Shown here piece after piece: positions 46,675 to 52,867 of a DNA stretch of 52,867 nt. Origin of the DNA: Craspedostauros australis. Its lineage: Eukaryota. The stretch is from positions 1 to 52,867 of the forward strand of contig JALAGF010005450.1 of assembly GCA_030167865.1 (NCBI GenBank). Direction: 5' to 3'. The notes beneath the pieces were generated by a model. The model did not search any database, was not told the origin of the DNA, and was given only the letters and a program-made list of their open reading frames with translations. A program made the translations under genes and the position numbers. Every line of letters starts with the position of its first letter. Within the stretch, counting starts at the first letter, position 1.

Positions 46675-47901
46675 ATGACTACTACCGTTTCCGAAGCTGA
46701 GATTTTCGCCCATGTGCTGAGCGTCATCGGCATCACTGCAGGTACCGATCAACGCGACCTTCTGGAACATGAAGGTATCAACATCATGTCGGATCTCCTG
46801 CTCCTTGAGCGCGACGACCTTGTCGCAATGCGATTCGTGAGTGCTGACGAGGATGCAGAGCCTTTCTTGTACCAACTCAATGGGCCAACCATCCGCAAGA
46901 TCCTCGCCCTCCATCGGTGGTACCAACTTCAGGACAATCCTATGTTCGCCACCTGGTACCGCATCACCGGACATTCCCTTGCTGAGTCGATCGCCACCCC
47001 TCTTGTTGATCCATCGGTTGCAGCAGCAACCACAGCAGCAGCAGCAACTCCACCAATCCCTGATGAGGCGCCTTCGTCTGCAACAGCTGGCGCAGCATTC
47101 TCTCGTCTCCAGGACTTCCGAAAGGGGATGAAGCGCGACAGCGGACGATTCCCAAAGCTCAAGGAGGACAAGTACTTCCTGTCCTTCAGATGCACATTCG
47201 CGACTGTCGCCGCATCCCAAGGCGTATCCAACGTCCTGGACCCCGACTACAAGCCGCCAACTGAGGATCAAACTCTCTTCGATGAGCAGAACATCTTCGT
47301 CTACGGTGCTCTCGTTCTCAGCCTCAAGACTCAGAAGGGTCAAGGTTGTGTCCGGCGTTTCGAGAATTCCATGGATGGCCAGGCTGCCTACGCCACTCTT
47401 CTCACAGAGTACACCTCTGGTGTGACAGCTGCCAACTCTGCGAAGGCACTTTGCACATCCCTCGAGTCCCTCAAGCTGGACAAGGATTGGCAAGGTACTC
47501 GAGAGTCCTTCCTCGATGCTTGGTCCAACAAGGTTCGCAACTTGGAGACAATTCAAGACCGCACCGTGTCCCCCGAGCGCAAGCATGACTGGCTTGAGGA
47601 GTCTATCTCCCAGGATGCCGAGTTGTACCGGGCACTCTTCGAGTCTCAGTACCTTGAGGCGTCCCTCGATGCCATGAGCATTGCCGGAGTCTCCAGAGAC
47701 TTCACCCTCGACTTTGACAAGATCTTCTCGCTGGTGCGCAGTCATGCGCAGCGCTGGATCATGTCAAGCCACGTGGACGTACCAATCGAAAGGTCCACAA
47801 TGCCAAGCACTCTGGCACCAATTCTGGTGCACATTCATGGAGCAAGGACAAAGACTATTCGAAGGATCCTCGTCCCCGTGTCCCTCATGATGAGTGGATG
47901 A
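46675..47901 (+). CDS. gag: Copia gag region (native frame probably shifts into the pol frame near 47750)
   Basis: 408-codon ORF with KGMKRD..FPKLKEDKYF and DGQAAYATL motifs of diatom Copia gag, directly upstream of pol. Confidence 0.75.
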   Translation: MTTTVSEAEIFAHVLSVIGITAGTDQRDLLEHEGINIMSDLLLLERDDLVAMRFVSADEDAEPFLYQLNGPTIRKILALHRWYQLQDNPMFATWYRITGHSLAESIATPLVDPSVAAATTAAAATPPIPDEAPSSATAGAAFSRLQDFRKGMKRDSGRFPKLKEDKYFLSFRCTFATVAASQGVSNVLDPDYKPPTEDQTLFDEQNIFVYGALVLSLKTQKGQGCVRRFENSMDGQAAYATLLTEYTSGVTAANSAKALCTSLESLKLDKDWQGTRESFLDAWSNKVRNLETIQDRTVSPERKHDWLEESISQDAELYRALFESQYLEASLDAMSIAGVSRDFTLDFDKIFSLVRSHAQRWIMSSHVDVPIERSTMPSTLAPILVHIHGARTKTIRRILVPVSLMMSG

Positions 47902-50900
47902 AGATGGACAAGAGCCAATGCCAAGCATTCCTCCAAGCAAAGGGAAAGTGGGAACCCAACCGTGCCAAAGGCGGCCGCAATCGCTCTGTCAACAAGGCAG
48001 ACAAGACTGCTCTCAAGGCCGGATCTGAGTCGGCAGCTGGCAACGGAGATTCTGCAGCCAATGACACTGCGCCACGCGCACCTCCAGGCGACGCCATCAG
48101 CTGCATGCTTGCCAACGCCAAGATGACCGGATCGTCTGATGTGCCTGTCCTGTCCTACAAGGGGCAAACCTGGCGTCTCGCCAACCAAGCCGTGATTCGC
48201 TACGAATTTCACAAGGCATCCAAGGAACTGCACGGAACTCTCGTTGACAGTGGAGCCAATGGTGGTCTCGCCGGAGATGATGTCGTGGTGCTGTGCAAGA
48301 CCGGACACACTGCTGATGTCAACGGCATCGGAGATTCAGCCATTGGCAACCTTGACATTGGTTCTGTTGCTGGACTTGTCCAGACCACCAACGGACCAAT
48401 CATCGCTGTATTCCATCAATACGCGCTGTACGGGAAGCACAAGACGATTCATTCCGCCAATCAGCTCGCCTCCTTTGGCATGGATGTCAATGAACGTCCC
48501 CGTGATCTGCCTGGTGGCCGACAGACCATCGTGACCCCTGGCGGTCATGTGATTCCTTTGTCAATCCGCCAAGGCTTGTCATACATGGACATGTGTCCTC
48601 CGACTCGTGCCCAACTTGATCAGCTCCCTCACGTCAACTTCACAGCCGATGATGAATGGGATCCTTCCTCACTTGACCATGAGCTTGATGTCACCGACGT
48701 GGCTCCACAAGATCCAGAACCTCCATCGGATGACCGCAGCCATGCCATCGATGTCTTCGTTGTCGACCAACACCCATCTGCGGACGACTCCATCGTCCCG
48801 ACAGGCGGCATCCAACAACGCCCCTCGCCTATCAACTACGAGGCACTCCGTCCACACTTCGGGTGGATCCTTTCTCGTCGTGTGCGAGACACTCTTCGCT
48901 GCACATCGCAGTGGTACCGCACCGCAGAGAGGTTCTCAATGCGGAAGCACTTCAAGACCCGCTTTCCAGCAGCCAACGTCGATCGCTTGCACGAGGTTGT
49001 GGCCATGGACACCCTGTTCTTGGACACCCCTGCACATGACGATGGCGTGCCTGGACACGGCGGGTGCACCATGATTCAAGTCTATGTCGCTCTCCAATCC
49101 AGATTCACCGCNGGCTTTCCCATGTCCTCGGAGAAGCAGGTCGCCAGCACGTTGTTGGATTTCATCCGACGTCACGGCGCGCCTGACCTTCTCATGTCGG
49201 ACAACGCGAGGTCCGAAGTCGGTTCCAAGGTCCAGGAGATTCTTCGACAGTATACTGTCAAGGACCATCAGAGCGAGCCAGAGCATCAGCACCAGAATGG
49301 TGCTGAACGCCGAATCCAAGACATCAAGCGAACTACGAATGGAATCATGGATCGCACCGGAACACCATCGAAGTATTGGCTCATCTGCACCCAGTACGTC
49401 ATTTCGTTGTTCAACCATATCGCCCAGCACACTGCAGGAGACATCACCCCTCTGCAGGCTGCATATGGGCATCGCCCTGATGTGAGCAAGTTCCTTGCTT
49501 ACCGCTGGTGGCAGCCTGTGTACTTCCGAGTTGAGAAGCCAGGATTCCCCAGCCACTCCAAGGAGCGTCGCAGTCGCTGGGCCGGCCCATGCGCTCACAA
49601 AGGAGACGACCTGACCTTCTGGATTCTGGATGATGAGTCCCAGCGACTCCTGCCAAGATCTGCAATCCGCTCTGCGGATGATCCAGATGCCAGGAACCTT
49701 AGAGCTGACTTCCCCTTTCCCATTGTTGGGGAGGATGATGATGTGGTGAGCGAACCATCGGATGATGGGGAGGTGTCGGATGACATATCCGTCCCTCCTA
49801 ACTCTGATCCGATCGTCCATTCTCTCTCGGACGCCATTCTCTTCGATTCAGGCATCACCGATCCAGGAACAATGGGCAAGGCGACAGTCTCTGTCCCCAA
49901 GTTCACACCTGATGAATTGGTGGGCAAGTCGTTCATTCATCTTCAGGATGGCCATGAGGTTCGTGCGGACGTCGTTCGCAAGATCAACGACCATGACGCG
50001 GACAATCATCAACGCATCAAGCTCCTGCTCTCTCTCAATGATGGGGAGACGAATGAGTTGATGGCGTACACCGAACTGTCCGACATCATCGAGAGCCAAC
50101 AGGACTCCGACTTTGAGGGCAACAAGTGGATATTCCATGACATCATCGGTCATGACGGTCCCATCTCACCCTCCTCATTGTCCTACAAGGGATCTCGTTT
50201 CAACGTCACCGTCCAATGGAATGATGGCTCCACTTTGTCTGAGCCTCTTTTGGCAATGATCCAAGACGACCCTGCCACATGTGCTGTGTATGGTCGCAAA
50301 CATGGTCTTCTCGGGCAACCAGGATGGAAGCGCCTCCAGCGCCTCTCCCAACGCCAAGAGAGGATGCAACGCCAAGTCGATGTCGCCAAGACTCGGACAC
50401 ACGGCAACATTCCAACCTTCCACTTTGGTGTGCAAGTGCCCAGGAACCATCAAGAGGCCATGCAGCTTGACTGGAAGAACAGCAACACCCTTTGGGCTGA
50501 TGCTGAACGAAAGGAAATGCAGCAGCTGTTCGACTATGGGACGTTCGAGTCTCTGGGCAAGCAACAGGCTCCACCAGATGGATACCAGAAGATCCGCCTT
50601 CAGTGGGTCTATGCAATCAAGCATGACCTACGGCATAAGGCTCGATGTGTCGCAGGAGGTCATCTGACAGACCAGTGCAAGGACATGTCCTACGCTGGGG
50701 TTGTCAGCCTTCACTCTCTCCGCATCGCTCTCCTGGCAGGTGAGCTCAATTAACTCTCCACCATGGTGGGTGATATTGGTAATGCTTACCTCGAAGCATT
50801 CACCAAGGAGAAGATCTGCTTCATCGCTGGTGAAGAGTTCGGTGAGCATGCCGGCCATATGATGTGCATCGTCAAAGCGCTCTATGGCCTGCGAACCTCT

Positions 50901-51280
50901 GGAGCTCGTTTTCATGAAGCACTCTCCGACACTCTCAGAGACATGGGTTTCACCCAATGTCGTTCTGACCCTGATGTCTGGATGCATGGTGCTGGCTCCC
51001 ACTGGGAGTACATCTGTGTCTATGTGGACGACTTGATGGCAGTCATGAAGAATCCCCATTCCTTCTTTGACACATTGGCATCCAAGTACAGCTACAAGCT
51101 GAAAGGCGTTGGTCCCATCGAATATCATCTGGGAGCTGACTTTGGTCAAGATCCAGATGGCACTCTGAAGATGAGTCCACATTCCTACATCAAAAGGATG
51201 TTGATGAACTTCGAACGCATGTTTGGCGCACTCCCAAAGAAGGCAAGCTGTCCTCTGGACAAATCCGACAGTCCAGAGTT
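46675..51280 (+). mobile_element. Ty1/Copia LTR retrotransposon (CoDi-like), decayed and 3'-truncated
   Basis: Gag-like ORF, then protease LVDSGANGG, integrase D-D-E (VAMDT, SDNARSE, QNGAERRI) and RT (DIGNAYL, LYGLRTSG, YVDD) in Copia order. Frameshift near 47750, in-frame TAA at 50751-50753, no RNase H. Confidence 0.93.
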
Positions 51281-51299
51281 TGTCGAGATGTACATGTGA
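47898..51299 (+). pseudogene. pol: Copia pol (PR-INT-chromo-like-RT), premature stop and truncated
   Basis: ORFs 47898-50753 and 50763-51299 share a frame separated by one TAA; RT-like sequence ends abruptly at ~51280. Confidence 0.88.
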
Positions 51300-52044
51300 G
51301 TATATGTCAAGATGTACGTGTATATGTGCATCGTTCACCCGCTATTCTCTCATACACACTTGGACGGTATAACTACATTCGTGTCGATAGTATACTGTGA
51401 TTCGTCAGAATTACAGCGGAAATGGAACACACGAAAATGAGCAGAATTTCTAGAGGAAATTTGCAATCGACGATTTCTGAGAGAATTAGAAACATCGTCC
51501 GTCCATCCATCAATGGTACCAAGAGAATCTTGAGGTACTTCCCAACTAAACCTCAGATGACGATATCATCTGACAGAGCACTGCATCACCAATGGAACGT
51601 TACATCTGGAGAGCAGAAGGATGCCTACTGACGTTGACAGGATGTCATCATGTCACCACATCGACATCTGTCTCCAAGTCAGAGCAGGAGGCAAAGATCC
51701 GATGACCGAAGGGCATCAAGATCATGGATGCAGGAGGTGAAGTTCAAATGGTAAGTACTCGCGGAGTAGGAACCAGTAGTGAATGAACGGAGTGTCAAAT
51801 GCGGAGTACGCATCGAACGCGAAGTATCGTGTAGCACGAAGTACACGATGCTGAGACACAGAAAGAGAGAGAGAGAATACAGAGAGGAGCGAGAGAGCAT
51901 CTCGCGTACCGACTCATAGTCGGAGGTAGAGGAGACCGAATCTACGAAACAGATTGAAGCGCCGAGAGCATCGGGCAAGAGAACGGACACCGAGAGGATC
52001 GGAGTCTCAATGTAATGAAATAGCAAACAGACCGACTATCAACA
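51281..52044. mobile_element. Putative solo LTR (764 bp)
   Basis: Starts TGTCGA and ends TCAACA (imperfect inverted TG...CA termini); no credible ORF; coincides with the breakpoints of both flanking reading frames; no TSD, PBS or PPT seen. Confidence 0.5.
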
Positions 52045-52074
52045 ACACCGTCTTCCACGATTGTAGGCTTCCAA

Positions 52075-52860
52075 TCATGGAACTTGCCAACACTGGATGT
52101 GGTCGTCAGGAACCACAGTCCAGGTCTGAGTATCAAGGCCCTTGCCCACAACCACATTCGCCCCCATAAGGGCAAGCTTGGCTGCCCTGTGCGACACTGC
52201 GTCAGCCAGTCGGTTGCCTCGAAAGGAGTAGTCGAGGTGTGGTCCATCATGGACTGACAAGGCGCTGGCGTCATCGCCCATTGGCAAGTCGCCGCCACCA
52301 TCAGCATCATTGGCTCCATCAGAGGCATCACGGCTGCTGCTGCGAAGATCGGCACGAAGCTCGTCGCCATCGGAGATTGCTCCTTTGACGCGAAAAGAGC
52401 GAGAGGCGGAGTCTGATCCAGCTGGAGGAACTCTTGACATCGATTCAGGGTGGCCATGATGGGAGCGATTGGGGTGGTTTGCGGTCGATGCGTGGGCGAT
52501 GGAGACGCCGGCCTTCAGGTTCCTGACTGCTGAGCCAATCTAGAGCTCTGCATGGGGCGCAGCAACGAATGCACGCTTCTTCTGGAAGCGTTGCAGTGCC
52601 AACACACCCTTCCCAATGTAGCGGGTGCGGATGAGGTCGGTAATCTTGTCAGGAGGGGCATGGTGGATGGGTTTGTTGTTGAGCTTCAACGTCGCAGCTT
52701 GGTGGTCACACACAACCTCAAGCGAGGTCCAGTGGATCGGCCAGACACAATCAGTGAGGGACTTCAGGACGATGCCGCGGAGTGGGACCTTCTCACCATG
52801 AGATCCGTGGGAGGGATGGTTGAACTTGGAGAGGACGTGGGAACCAACTTTGAGAGGCAT
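52075..52860 (-). pseudogene. Degenerate ORF, possibly the N-terminal part of a transposon protein
   Basis: ORFs 52540-52860 and 52075-52440 are in the same frame, separated by one TAG (52542-52540); the frame fails next to the putative LTR. Identity not established. Confidence 0.35.
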
Positions 52861-52867
52861 GGTGAAG

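Noticed and set aside
50751..50753. Stop-codon readthrough or alternative genetic code in pol
   Set aside because: The element carries other lesions, and TAA terminates the host ORF at 6143; simple decay is more likely.

Overview
Eukaryotic nuclear DNA, GC-rich and most consistent with a pennate diatom. This is an inference from the spliceosomal GT-AG introns, the polyQ/low-complexity proteins, the diatom-type hypothetical families and a CoDi-like Copia element. Nine probable protein genes are present: a vitamin K-dependent gamma-carboxylase (HTTM)-like membrane protein with altered catalytic motifs; a disordered protein ending in a divergent PARP/ART-like domain; a 2-exon myosin heavy chain; a 3-exon DM13-DM13-DOMON-(cupredoxin-like)-DOMON-cytochrome b561 protein; two paralogous type II membrane proteins with three Cys-containing ectodomain repeats; a multipass membrane protein; a TPR-like hypothetical protein; and a 2-exon Chk2-like SQ/TQ-FHA-kinase ending in a PIP-box-like motif. 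The last ~7 kb holds a decayed Ty1/Copia retrotransposon with a chromodomain-like module. It is cut inside RT by an LTR-like segment without a target-site duplication and followed by a second degenerate ORF. Two intergenic tracts look like gene relics. No tRNA, rRNA or CRISPR array was recognised. All family calls come from motif recognition by eye; no searches were run.
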